Assembly: GCA_965215195.1 (NCBI GenBank)
Contig: CBDCDC010000002.1
Coordinates: 1,600,001-1,664,000 of the forward strand
Origin: Candidatus Latescibacterota bacterium
GTDB lineage: Bacteria > Latescibacterota > UBA2968 > UBA8231
Reading direction: 5' to 3'
DNA: 64,000 nt
Part shown: piece by piece, positions 1 to 8,771 of the stretch
How positions within the stretch are numbered: position 1 is the stretch's first letter
Layout of the letters: every line of letters begins with the position of its first letter
Made by a program: the position numbers and the translations under genes
Notes under the pieces: generated by a model
Database searches by the model: none
What the model was told of the DNA's origin: nothing
What the model saw: the letters and a program-made list of their open reading frames with translations, nothing else

Positions 1-124
1 ACGTAGGCGCCCCTTACTTTGAGTACGCCTTTTCTGCTGTTTCCGCTGGGTGCGGGATCGCGGGCGTCCCGCCCTCGCCGAGGGCAAGATGCCCTCAAGC
101 CTTGGCAGGCTGAGGGCTGGTGTC
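1..124. repeat. REP/REPIN-like element, copy 1 (left end possibly cut by window edge)
   Basis: Reverse complement matches 19237-19360 with 7 mismatches by manual alignment. Contains a GTAG-led imperfect hairpin plus paired GC hairpins gggcg-tcc-cgccc and gagggca-aga-tgccctc. Confidence 0.8.
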
Positions 125-137
125 GGGTAGTAAGGGC

Positions 138-2936
138 TTACTCATTCGCTTTATGCGAAGCGGCAATTCGCTGGAGGCTGAACACCAGCCCAATGATGAA
201 AAACTGGCCCCAGTAGTTTATGAACGGTCCTGTAGGATTCAAGAGGCTGAAAGTTAAATAGGCGGCAACCGCTCCACCATTAGCGGCGACTAGGAAGTAG
301 AGATCCACATCCTGCGAGCGTATGACAGATCTTCCAGAGTGAATTATCGACCGTAGCACCAGCACGTAGAACAGGATAAGCAAAACCAAGCCGGGAAACC
401 CAAAGAGCACGAGCATATACAAAAAATAATTGTGCGGCCATAGATGTAACAGATCGTTCACCGCTTCGGTAGACAACTCTCCACTTGGGTAGTGTGAAGT
501 GGAGGGAGAGTATATGCCTGTTCCGAGCGGATGGTCTAACGAGTATCGCAATGCCACAATCGTCGTGAGTATCCGGCTATGGGCCGACCAATCGGAAAAT
601 CTGAAGATGCGCATCGTTTCCTTCATCTGGTAATCAGTCAGGTTAGAGAATGAATGCGCCCAAGCCATCTCACCGGCGGCACTTGACTCGTCAGTAGGAT
701 ATACGCCTTTCCAGAGATAGCCTTCTGCTGTGTACTGACCGGTTCGGATACCCCTGATTCTATAATGGGGCAACGGGCGTAATGCAATGCACCGTCCGCT
801 GCGGCTGATGGCATAGTCGGTGAAATTGAAGTCTAGGTTGTCGAAATTGTACCCTTTGCGATCTTCCGGCAAAGTGCTCAGGTCGAATGGGATTACATGC
901 AGAAAGAACTTCGCATCGGTGTTTGCACATTCTTCGCTGATGTACACCAAGCTGTTACTTTGGGCATAAACGATATAATCTGATCTAATTAAAGGACTGC
1001 CCAATGCATACTTGCCATACTGTCCATCAGGGAATCCGGTTGGTTGACCACTGCTCAAGGACGGCAGGAAGTCCCGCCACGGACGCCATTCGCTTGCTCC
1101 GAACGATCGCAGGCGGAACTGATAGGCGGTGATGTTTTCGCGAGCGTCGGGCTCGAGCCAGGTGAACACCATGTTGCCGTCGTCTGGCGTTACAACGGTA
1201 AACTCTGTCTCGCTTCCAAACGCATGGGCGTTCCGAGTGCGTAGCTGCACCCTATACTTCATATTGGGACGCATCTCAATGCTGTAGCCAATGCTCGGAC
1301 CGGCGCTTCTATCAACCAGCGTGTGGAGGCCGACGCCGAGCTTGGTGATGCGGGGGGGCGGGGGGCCGTAGATGATGGTCTTGAACGAGCCGCAGTCGCG
1401 CCACGGACGCCATGCCGTTTCCCGAGGAAATCGAAGGCGAAGCTGGTAGGCGGTAACGCTTACCGGATCGTCAGATTCGCGCCAAGTAAACACCAAGCGG
1501 CCGTCGTCCGCTGTCGTAGCGGTAATCTGGCTCCACGCGCCATACCCGTACTCATTACGCCCGCGAAACTGCGCTTGATATGTCTCGCCCGGCGTCAGCC
1601 CGGTAATCGTATAGCTGATAGTCTGGTCATCACGCCTGTGGGCTGCGCCAGCGGCGAGGTCGTGGATAGGCGGACCTTTACTGTGCATATAGGAGCAGTT
1701 CCCAAGGAAGCAGAAGCTCAGCCATGGCCCCCACTTCGGTTCGCCATCCGGTCGCAGCCGAAACTGGTATAGGGAACGACTGGTGTGGTCGTCGGGTTCG
1801 CGCCATACAAGCGTGAGGCTGCCGTCGTCGCGCGTTACCGCGACGACCGTTTCACCAAGCTGCGGTCCACCGTTCTCCCTGCGAATCTGCGCGGCGAATT
1901 TCTTCGCTGGCGTAAGACCTTCAATCGTGTGGCCTAGCAGCGGATGTCCATCCCGACTAGTGAGGTTGAAGATGGCGGTGCTAGAGCCTACGCTGTCCGT
2001 TCTGGCACCGACGAAAAGGCGGCTGACGCGGCTGGCAAGGTCGCCGACAGTAAGGACAGGATTGAAAACCGCGAGCAGCCAGACTGCCATCAGCGGAACA
2101 AGGAAAAACAGGCGTCGTCGAAAACGCGGCACTCTCACGAACAGCAGGGCGATGATGACGCTACTGCCCAGTACGCCGAGGATGGCCGACCGGGTGGCGT
2201 TCAGGACCATTCCCGTTACCATAGTCATCAGCATGACGAACAGTGCCACGTCGTAGGCCCTCTGCGACGGCTTACCACGCCCGAAGGGACTGCATAGGGC
2301 TGCCACAAAAGCGAATGGAACACTCGCAATAAGATGATCCGCGAATATGGCTGTATGTGCGGTAAGCCCAGCTATTCTGCCACGAACCAAAATGACTGAC
2401 AGGTCTTTCTCCTTCAAAATGGTGCTATCCAGCCAGATGGTCAGAAATGGATCGCCGATGAAGACTACAGCCATGCCGAACAGCGTAGACACAAACGTTG
2501 CCACAATGAACGCCAGCAGCATCAGCTTGGCGCGGTGAACACTGTCCACGCACAGATACACCGCCAATAGGACACCAATGCCCAGCACCATCTTCGCCAA
2601 ACGCGTCGGATCGAGTGTATCGGTGAAAAAATAGACACCCAGCACCCAGACCACTAGCAGCAGCGACACCCCAACGACCAGAATCACAGGACCGAAATCC
2701 AAGCGCAGGACGGAGAGGACAGGTTTGCCGGCCTCGAACTGAACGACGCGCAGCGCAACATAAGACAACGCCGCTAAGACCGTCAGCCCGGCGAGGAGGA
2801 TGTTGGGTCCGCCAAGGGGCAGCGGCGTGCTAGCAAACCAGATATTCGCAAAAATGGCCGACAGCAGCAGGACGAATATCGGCTTGGTGGCTGAGCTATG
2901 GCAGAGATGGGTCATACTTTCTTTTTTGGTTATCAA
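138..2936 (-). CDS. O-antigen ligase/Wzy-like membrane protein with inserted FN3-like repeats and an accessory domain
   Basis: 932 aa with many TM segments, RIAG..H loop, NATRSAILG motif, C-terminal HPLGTG and PHNYFL motifs. A large extracytoplasmic insert holds three FN3-like repeats. Confidence 0.8.
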   Translation of the reverse strand: MITKKESMTHLCHSSATKPIFVLLLSAIFANIWFASTPLPLGGPNILLAGLTVLAALSYVALRVVQFEAGKPVLSVLRLDFGPVILVVGVSLLLVVWVLGVYFFTDTLDPTRLAKMVLGIGVLLAVYLCVDSVHRAKLMLLAFIVATFVSTLFGMAVVFIGDPFLTIWLDSTILKEKDLSVILVRGRIAGLTAHTAIFADHLIASVPFAFVAALCSPFGRGKPSQRAYDVALFVMLMTMVTGMVLNATRSAILGVLGSSVIIALLFVRVPRFRRRLFFLVPLMAVWLLAVFNPVLTVGDLASRVSRLFVGARTDSVGSSTAIFNLTSRDGHPLLGHTIEGLTPAKKFAAQIRRENGGPQLGETVVAVTRDDGSLTLVWREPDDHTSRSLYQFRLRPDGEPKWGPWLSFCFLGNCSYMHSKGPPIHDLAAGAAHRRDDQTISYTITGLTPGETYQAQFRGRNEYGYGAWSQITATTADDGRLVFTWRESDDPVSVTAYQLRLRFPRETAWRPWRDCGSFKTIIYGPPPPRITKLGVGLHTLVDRSAGPSIGYSIEMRPNMKYRVQLRTRNAHAFGSETEFTVVTPDDGNMVFTWLEPDARENITAYQFRLRSFGASEWRPWRDFLPSLSSGQPTGFPDGQYGKYALGSPLIRSDYIVYAQSNSLVYISEECANTDAKFFLHVIPFDLSTLPEDRKGYNFDNLDFNFTDYAISRSGRCIALRPLPHYRIRGIRTGQYTAEGYLWKGVYPTDESSAAGEMAWAHSFSNLTDYQMKETMRIFRFSDWSAHSRILTTIVALRYSLDHPLGTGIYSPSTSHYPSGELSTEAVNDLLHLWPHNYFLYMLVLFGFPGLVLLILFYVLVLRSIIHSGRSVIRSQDVDLYFLVAANGGAVAAYLTFSLLNPTGPFINYWGQFFIIGLVFSLQRIAASHKANE

Positions 2937-2954
2937 CGCGGCAACGGCTGCCCT

Positions 2955-3131
2955 TCAGGGCCGCGCCACTTCAAAGGCGGCCAAGTCCCGCCTCTTGCGG
3001 ATGAACGCCACTGCGATCCGGTTGTTCAGGCCCGAAAATAGGTTGACCTTGGAGAATTTGCCCACCCCGGTGAGCAAGGTGAACGTGACGTGCGGGTCGC
3101 AGTCCTTGATCGTCGCATATAGCCCACGCAG
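2955..3131 (-). pseudogene. Collapsed remnant of an AAA-ATPase/PD-(D/E)XK gene
   Basis: Manual translation LRGLYATIKDCDPHVTFTLLTGVGKFSKVNLFSGLNN-RIAVAFIRKRRDLAAFEVARP* matches the middle and the extreme C-terminus of the proteins at 14889-18186. Confidence 0.85.
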
Positions 3132-3151
3132 TCACTCATCTATTCTGTGGC

Positions 3152-4297
3152 CTACGGCGAAGCCGGCACGACCTTGTTTATCAGTTCCAAGTGCCGCTCC
3201 ATGGACGCCGCCACGGAATAGTGTTGCGCCCTGGCGATCAAACGCTCCGGGGCAATGGGATTATCGAGCGTATCCCGTATCGCCCGCGCCAGTGACCGCC
3301 AGTCGCCCACCGGCACCAAGCGCCCCCACTTGCCGCCATCGAGTATCTCTCGGGGACCGCTGGGGCAATCCGTGCTGACGACGGGCGTTCCGCACGCCAT
3401 GGCTTCGATGAGCACTGTGGGCAGCCCTTCGCGAACGGAAGACAATACGAACACCCGCGCACGGGCCATGTAAGCAAAGGGGTTGGGCTGGAATCCAAGA
3501 AAATCCACATGCTCTTGGATTCCCAACTCGCGGGCGAGGGCCGTCAGCTTGGCTCGGTCCGGCCCTTCGCCGAGCACCACCAGCCGCGCAGGCCGCGACC
3601 TTAGCACCTCCGCAAAGGCTTTGAGCAACGTCGGCTGATCTTTATGCGGGATGTCAAGCCGACCAGCCGTGAGGATCACCGGTGTGCGCGGGTCGCCGAA
3701 CCAAGGATGGTCCACCGGCAATTTGGCCTGTTCGAGGAGCGGGGGAGTCACCACCGGATTCGGAATGGCCCGCACCAAGCTTGCCGCCCGGGGAACGGCG
3801 CGCTTCAGGTCTTCGGCCACACCGGATGAGACGCCGACAATCGCATCGGCCGCGGGCAGCAACCATTTCAGGAGGCGGTTTGCCGTGCGGAACGCGATCC
3901 CCCGACCCTCGCCTTCGGCCGTGTACGTGTTTTGTTGGCTTACTATCAGACGCAAGTCTCGCGTAAAGAGCTTCTTTGCGAGCAGAGCCGTTAGATTCCC
4001 GAACGTCAAGGCGGAGAGAAACACCGTGGGCCGCTCGCGCCTGATGTAGCGGACCAGCGCGGGCAGGCAGGTCGGCGTCTTATAGGAGTTCAGGTTGATC
4101 AGCCGAACGCCCTCCGGAACCGATCCCCACAGCGCGCCGCCGCTTCGGGTGACCAAGAGATCAACGGCGAACCCACACCGGGCCAACTGGCCCGCAATCT
4201 CCAGCATGACGCGCTCGGCCCCACCGCCGGCGAGCGAGGGCACGAACAGCGCGACTCGTCGGCCTTCGCCCGTCTGCGCTGAAACGTTATCCGGCAT
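3152..4297 (-). CDS. Glycosyltransferase family 4 (GT-B)
   Basis: GGGAER N-terminal motif and EGLPTVLIEAMACG (EX7E) motif. Start moved to ATG 4297 (MPDNV), which overlaps the flippase end. Confidence 0.92.
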   Translation of the reverse strand: MPDNVSAQTGEGRRVALFVPSLAGGGAERVMLEIAGQLARCGFAVDLLVTRSGGALWGSVPEGVRLINLNSYKTPTCLPALVRYIRRERPTVFLSALTFGNLTALLAKKLFTRDLRLIVSQQNTYTAEGEGRGIAFRTANRLLKWLLPAADAIVGVSSGVAEDLKRAVPRAASLVRAIPNPVVTPPLLEQAKLPVDHPWFGDPRTPVILTAGRLDIPHKDQPTLLKAFAEVLRSRPARLVVLGEGPDRAKLTALARELGIQEHVDFLGFQPNPFAYMARARVFVLSSVREGLPTVLIEAMACGTPVVSTDCPSGPREILDGGKWGRLVPVGDWRSLARAIRDTLDNPIAPERLIARAQHYSVAASMERHLELINKVVPASP

Positions 4298-5720
4298 GAC
4301 CCTCGTTCTCCTCCGTTTGCAGTTTAGCCCCTTCACCGCGGCGACTGCGACGCACAACGGCAGCGGCAAAAATAACAACCGTCGCCGCAAGCACCAACTG
4401 ATAGACGGTGTACGCCCACGCGGCACCCGCTGCGCCGTGCGTGGGCACCAAGATCAAGAGCACGGTTAATTGCGCGGCGAGGGCGGCGGACGTCCAGATC
4501 AGCGAGGGCAACGCACGGCCCGTCGACGCCGGCAGAACGCGCAGCGCGGCGACGCTCACTAACGCGAAGGCCCCGGGAACCATGATCAGCAGCGGCCGGG
4601 CCGCATCCTCGAACTCCGAGCCGAGCGCGATGCGAATGACCGGGCGGTACAGGACGATTAGCAGTCCGTAGGTCGCCACGGCCAGCGCGATCGCTAGCAT
4701 TGTGAACCGACGGGACAGCCTCCGAAATGCGACGCCGTCAAACGCGTACCAGCGGCGGCTGTATTCGGCCTGCACACTCAGGGACAGCGGTTCCACCGGC
4801 GTGGTCGTCACGTCAACCAGCCGGCGGGCCGCCCGGTAGATCCCGGCCTGCACCGGACCGACCAGCGCCCCCAGCAGAATCACGTCGAGATGCCCGTACA
4901 ACGCTCCGACTTTGGTTTGACAAAATGACAGAAGCTGGAACCTGACGACGTCCCGCGGCACTCGAACCGACCATCCGGTCAGGAAGCGCGGCAGCCGGTC
5001 CCGTCCGGCGGAGGCCGCGGCCGCGGCGAACAGCCCGGCCCCGGTGACGGCCGCCCCGGCGACAATGGCCAGCGACACCATCATCAACCCGCCGCCCGCC
5101 CGCCAGACGGCCAGCAGGGCCGCGGTGCGAACCAACCCTCCCGCTACGACAGCCGTCAACCCCAGGGGCAGTTGGTTGGCCAGCCGCAACGCCGCCAGGC
5201 TTTCTCGATGCGTCGCCATCAACAGGCCCGCTAGTCCGCACACCAGCATGGCGGCGACATACGTCTTGGCAATGCCGACCAGCTCGCTGGCCGCCAGCGC
5301 GAACGCCGCCAGCAGCGCGTAGGCAAGCAGGGCCAGCCCTTGGACCGTGGCAAAGGCCATCCGCAGGGTCGCCGCGGCCGTGGCGTACTGCCCAGCAGTG
5401 ACGCTGCGGGTCACAAAGGCGGTGATCGCCTCGTGGCCGGATACCGTCAGGAAGGCGTAGAAGATGGTCGCTGTACTCATAAAAATAGCCAGCACGCCGA
5501 AGCCCTCCGGCCCCAAGATGCGCGCGGAGAGTGCCAGCAGCGCGACGCCGCTGAGGAACTGGGCGACGGTGATGGTGCCCATCCACAGCGTCTGCCGCGC
5601 CACATGCCCCGCGGACGAGGGGCGCAAAGGGGTGGCGCGAGAGGACGCACTGCAGTCTGCCGGCGGATTCGTGCTTTCCGCATAGGGTATGGAAACTCTT
5701 TGCAGCAGCCTAGCGAACAT
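4287..5720 (-). CDS. Wzx-type polysaccharide flippase
   Basis: 477 aa hydrophobic; ARILGPEGFG, DVILLG..G....GIYRAA and LVPTHGAAGAAWA motifs typical of Polysacc_synt/MOP flippases. Confidence 0.85.
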   Translation of the reverse strand: MFARLLQRVSIPYAESTNPPADCSASSRATPLRPSSAGHVARQTLWMGTITVAQFLSGVALLALSARILGPEGFGVLAIFMSTATIFYAFLTVSGHEAITAFVTRSVTAGQYATAAATLRMAFATVQGLALLAYALLAAFALAASELVGIAKTYVAAMLVCGLAGLLMATHRESLAALRLANQLPLGLTAVVAGGLVRTAALLAVWRAGGGLMMVSLAIVAGAAVTGAGLFAAAAASAGRDRLPRFLTGWSVRVPRDVVRFQLLSFCQTKVGALYGHLDVILLGALVGPVQAGIYRAARRLVDVTTTPVEPLSLSVQAEYSRRWYAFDGVAFRRLSRRFTMLAIALAVATYGLLIVLYRPVIRIALGSEFEDAARPLLIMVPGAFALVSVAALRVLPASTGRALPSLIWTSAALAAQLTVLLILVPTHGAAGAAWAYTVYQLVLAATVVIFAAAVVRRSRRGEGAKLQTEENEGHAG

Positions 5721-5747
5721 TCACGAATCCGTTTTGTAAACCACCGC

Positions 5748-6917
5748 TCACGCGCCTTCCAGCAGCGGAATGATGGCATCGAGGTGTTGCTGCATCGTAA
5801 AGTGTTTCTCGTAACGCTCCACCGCCGCTTGGCTCATCGCTTCGTAGCGGTCGGGTTCGGCGACAATTTTCCGTATGACCTCGGCAATCTGGTCCGGCCG
5901 GCCGTGCTCAATCAACGTTCCAGTGACGCCATCAACCACCAAGTCCGGTATGGACCGGTAGTTCGTGGAAATCGCGACGCAACCGTAGGCCATGGCTTCG
6001 ATGATCGACACGGGTTGCCCTTCGGTGAAATAGTGGGTCGGCAGAAGGAAAAAGTCGCTGGTTTCAAGCAACCGTTGTTTTTCCTCGCCGATGACCAGCC
6101 CCAAGTAGCGAACAACACTCTCAAGGTTGTTGGCCGCGACGTACTCGTGAAATCTCGCTTCCGCCTCCTCTGGCGACATAGGCACCGGATCGTCAGCGGA
6201 CGAATGGAAGCGACCCGCGAAGACAGCTTCCAGTCGAATTGCCCTTGTCTTGTGCAGGATCGCCACCGCCTCCAGCACGTCAAAATAGCCTTTGGACTGG
6301 ATCAGGTTGGACAGGAACAGGAGTCTAACGGGCCGCTCCTGATGCAAGCACCGGCCTCGCGGCACGTCGTTCAGAGCAAAAGGTGGACTATTCCATACCA
6401 CCGCGATGCGCTCGGCGAGCACGGGGTCGAAGTCGAACATGCCCCGGAGCCGCTCGCTCAGGACGATGATCCGGTGGGTACGCCGCAGAGTATGGCGGAT
6501 CAGGAAACGCCAGAACCGCGGCTGGGCGCGGTAGAAGGCATCGTAGTTTCCTCCTTTCACATGGACGACGATGCGGCAACCGCACAGATAGGCACTCCAG
6601 ATCATCGCCATGTCCCGCATGAAGCCCACTCTGGATCGAGAGATCGTGATGTACACCCGGCGGTAGCGTGCGATCAACCCGCCGGCGAACCGGGCCAGAG
6701 GGCGCAGTGTTTCCATCGAACGCTGAAGAGTCAACCGTCCGAGCGAGGACGGGTTCTTTCCCGCGATGTTCACGATCCAGCAATCGCGGCCACGAGCGCG
6801 AAGCGCGCCACACAACATTTCGAAACTCAGCGATTGTCCGTGTTCCGGGGGCGGGAGCGGGCCGACCAGCAGGAAACGGGGCGATGGCTCGGATGTCGAA
6901 AAGTTCGCGTTGTTCAT
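5748..6917 (-). CDS. Glycosyltransferase family 4
   Basis: GPLPPP.HGQS start, LFLSNL...KG, EGQPVSIIEAMAYG. Confidence 0.92.
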   Translation of the reverse strand: MNNANFSTSEPSPRFLLVGPLPPPEHGQSLSFEMLCGALRARGRDCWIVNIAGKNPSSLGRLTLQRSMETLRPLARFAGGLIARYRRVYITISRSRVGFMRDMAMIWSAYLCGCRIVVHVKGGNYDAFYRAQPRFWRFLIRHTLRRTHRIIVLSERLRGMFDFDPVLAERIAVVWNSPPFALNDVPRGRCLHQERPVRLLFLSNLIQSKGYFDVLEAVAILHKTRAIRLEAVFAGRFHSSADDPVPMSPEEAEARFHEYVAANNLESVVRYLGLVIGEEKQRLLETSDFFLLPTHYFTEGQPVSIIEAMAYGCVAISTNYRSIPDLVVDGVTGTLIEHGRPDQIAEVIRKIVAEPDRYEAMSQAAVERYEKHFTMQQHLDAIIPLLEGA

Positions 6918-7095
6918 GGATAGTACGTTATGATCGATCAGATTGCGGCGCGAGACCTTGGACCGATTACCCGGGCACCGCGCCGCAGACCGCCATCTCC
7001 CAACCGTGGAATACAGCGAATGCGCTTAAAGTCCGCGTAAACAGCCTAGGGGCTCAGGCAGCAGACAGCCCGTGTGGAGGTAGCTACTACCATAG

Positions 7096-7127
7096 GTTTC
7101 AATCCACGCCCTCGCAAGAGGGCGAGC
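7096..7127 (-). CRISPR. Solitary type I-C-like CRISPR repeat (no array)
   Basis: Minus strand GCTCGCCCTCTTGCGAGGGCGTGGATTGAAAC: 32 nt, hairpin CGCCCTC/GAGGGCG, and 3' GTGGATTGAAAC characteristic of I-C repeats. No second copy seen. Confidence 0.6.
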
Positions 7128-7129
7128 GG

Positions 7130-7156
7130 AAAACTCGGAACCGGGTTCCGAGTTTT
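7130..7156. terminator. Perfect inverted repeat, possible bidirectional terminator or REP-like hairpin
   Basis: aaaactcggaac-cgg-gttccgagtttt, a 12-bp stem with A/T tails. Confidence 0.55.
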
Positions 7157-7163
7157 TGGCAGG

Positions 7164-7216
7164 AGGCCGGGGCGGGTGCTTTTTTTAAGCGGAAGCGGCT
7201 TCCGCTTGGTCGGACG
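7164..7216 (+). repeat. ~54-bp direct repeat, copy 1, flanking the brnT'/brnA cassette
   Basis: aggccg.ggcgggtgcttttttt....ggaa.cggcttccgcttggtcggacg recurs at 7724-7777. Confidence 0.85.
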
Positions 7217-7267
7217 AGGGGAAAACACTTGGCACATCCGCTAATTAATTATATATACAATTAGATT

Positions 7268-7345
7268 ATGGAGTTGAAGCCAGTCTATGAATGGGACGAA
7301 GTGACAGAGAGGAAGCATTATGCAGAAAACCGTCCGTACCGTTGA
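7268..7345 (+). pseudogene. brnT: Internally deleted BrnT toxin remnant (25 aa)
   Basis: MELKPVYEWDE-VTERKHYAENRPYR*: the BrnT-like N-terminal EWD motif is joined directly to an ER..Y C-terminal motif, and the ORF overlaps the brnA start as in intact brnTA. Confidence 0.7.
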
Positions 7346-7712
7346 TTTTGAAACCATGACGGCCCACCAGATCGTCGCCCACTACGGCAAGGATGAGCTA
7401 GCCGAAATGACGTTTGCCGAGATTGAGGCAAAGTATGGTGAAGAGGTTGCGATTTGTGCCGGCATCGTGGCCGACCCCGACACGCGGGAACTCACCGATG
7501 AAGACTTCGCCAGAATGCGCCCGGCAACCGAAGTCGCGCCGCATCTGGTCGAAGCGTATCGGCGCACCCGCGGCCGGCAGAAAAAGCCGACCAAAGATCG
7601 CATCTCCATCTGTCTCGACGCGGATATCACCGCGCATTTCCGGGCGACCGGCAAGGGCTGGCAGACGCGGCTGAATGATACGTTGCGGCAGGCCGTATTT
7701 GGCGACACCTAA
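7320..7712 (+). CDS. brnA: BrnA family antitoxin
   Basis: ELTDEDFARMRP...RGRQKKPTKDRISICLDADI..HFRATGKGWQTRLND.LR signature. Confidence 0.9.
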   Translation: MQKTVRTVDFETMTAHQIVAHYGKDELAEMTFAEIEAKYGEEVAICAGIVADPDTRELTDEDFARMRPATEVAPHLVEAYRRTRGRQKKPTKDRISICLDADITAHFRATGKGWQTRLNDTLRQAVFGDT

Positions 7713-7723
7713 GGGGTTTGTTC

Positions 7724-7777
7724 AGGCCGAGGCGGGTGCTTTTTTTCACGGGGAACCGGCTTCCGCTTGGTCGGACG
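7724..7777 (+). repeat. ~54-bp direct repeat, copy 2
   Basis: Matches 7164-7216. Confidence 0.85.
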
Positions 7778-7796
7778 GGCTCCGGCATGGCGGCCT

Positions 7797-8771
7797 TCAT
7801 TGCTGGCGCGGGACACCAGTCCGCTTGGCTAGTTCGGCCGCTATCCAGCGGTAGGTGTACTCAATTCCTTCCCGGATGGTTGTTTCCGGCTGCCAGCCGA
7901 TGATCTCGTTCAGGAGCGTATTGTCGCTGTTGCGCCCCCGAACTCCTTGGGGCTTGGTCAGGTCGTGGTTGCAGAGCAGACGCTTTCCTGCGGCGGCGCA
8001 TACGGCGTCCACCAACTGGTTGATCGTAATGAGCTCCTCGGAGCCCAAGTTCACCGGCTTGGTGTAGCCCGACTCCATGATGCGCCGCAGCCCCTCAATG
8101 CAATCGTCGATGTAGCAGAAACTGCGGGTCTGTTCGCCATCGCCCCAGATCTCGATGCTCCCCCCGTCTTCTGCCATCGCCACCTTGCGGCAGATTGCCG
8201 CCGGTACTTTCTCTTTGCCGCCATCGTAAGCGCCCAAAGGGCCGTAGATGTTGTGGAAGCGGACGATGCGCGCGTTTAGGCCGCATTCTTCGTGGTAATA
8301 AGTGGTCAACTGCTCGGCGAACAGCTTTTCCCACCCATAGCCCTTCTCCGGGTCGGCGGGGATCGCTTCGTCTTCCCGCAGCGGCGTGACGCACTCGGCC
8401 GCTTGGAGAAAGCTGGGATAGACACAGGCGGAACTGGTGTAGAGGTATCGGTTCACCCGGGACACCCGCGCCGCTTCCAGCATATGGCTGTTGATAAGGG
8501 TGTTGTTGCGGGTCAGGGAGGCGTGGTTGGCAGTGATGTAGCCGATGCCGCCCATGTCGGCGGCTAGTTGGTAAACGTCGTCCATGCCGTCGGCGGCTTG
8601 CAGGCAGTTTTCGAAGTTGCGCAGGTCGGCAATCACGAACTCGTCGGCGGCGCTGTCCTCGAATTCGGGGCACTTGAGGTCCACGCCGCGGATCCAGTGG
8701 CCCTCGGCCTTCAGGTGCTTGACGAGGTGGTGGCCGATAAAGCCGCCGGCTCCGGTAACGACGATGTTCAT
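7797..8771 (-). CDS. NAD-dependent epimerase, GDP-mannose 3,5-epimerase-like
   Basis: GAGGFIG, LAADMGGIGYI, SSACVYP, YGWEK, EKVPAAICRK and PQGVRGRNSDN motifs characteristic of GME. Confidence 0.88.
   Translation of the reverse strand: MNIVVTGAGGFIGHHLVKHLKAEGHWIRGVDLKCPEFEDSAADEFVIADLRNFENCLQAADGMDDVYQLAADMGGIGYITANHASLTRNNTLINSHMLEAARVSRVNRYLYTSSACVYPSFLQAAECVTPLREDEAIPADPEKGYGWEKLFAEQLTTYYHEECGLNARIVRFHNIYGPLGAYDGGKEKVPAAICRKVAMAEDGGSIEIWGDGEQTRSFCYIDDCIEGLRRIMESGYTKPVNLGSEELITINQLVDAVCAAAGKRLLCNHDLTKPQGVRGRNSDNTLLNEIIGWQPETTIREGIEYTYRWIAAELAKRTGVPRQQ

Noticed and set aside
5340-6923. 527-aa plus-strand ORF
   Set aside because: Antisense shadow of the well-supported GT4 and flippase genes; no motifs.
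7000-7130. Possible CRISPR array or TnpB/omegaRNA end around the solitary repeat
   Set aside because: No second repeat at spacer distance on either side and no recognisable RuvC or zinc-finger coding remnant.
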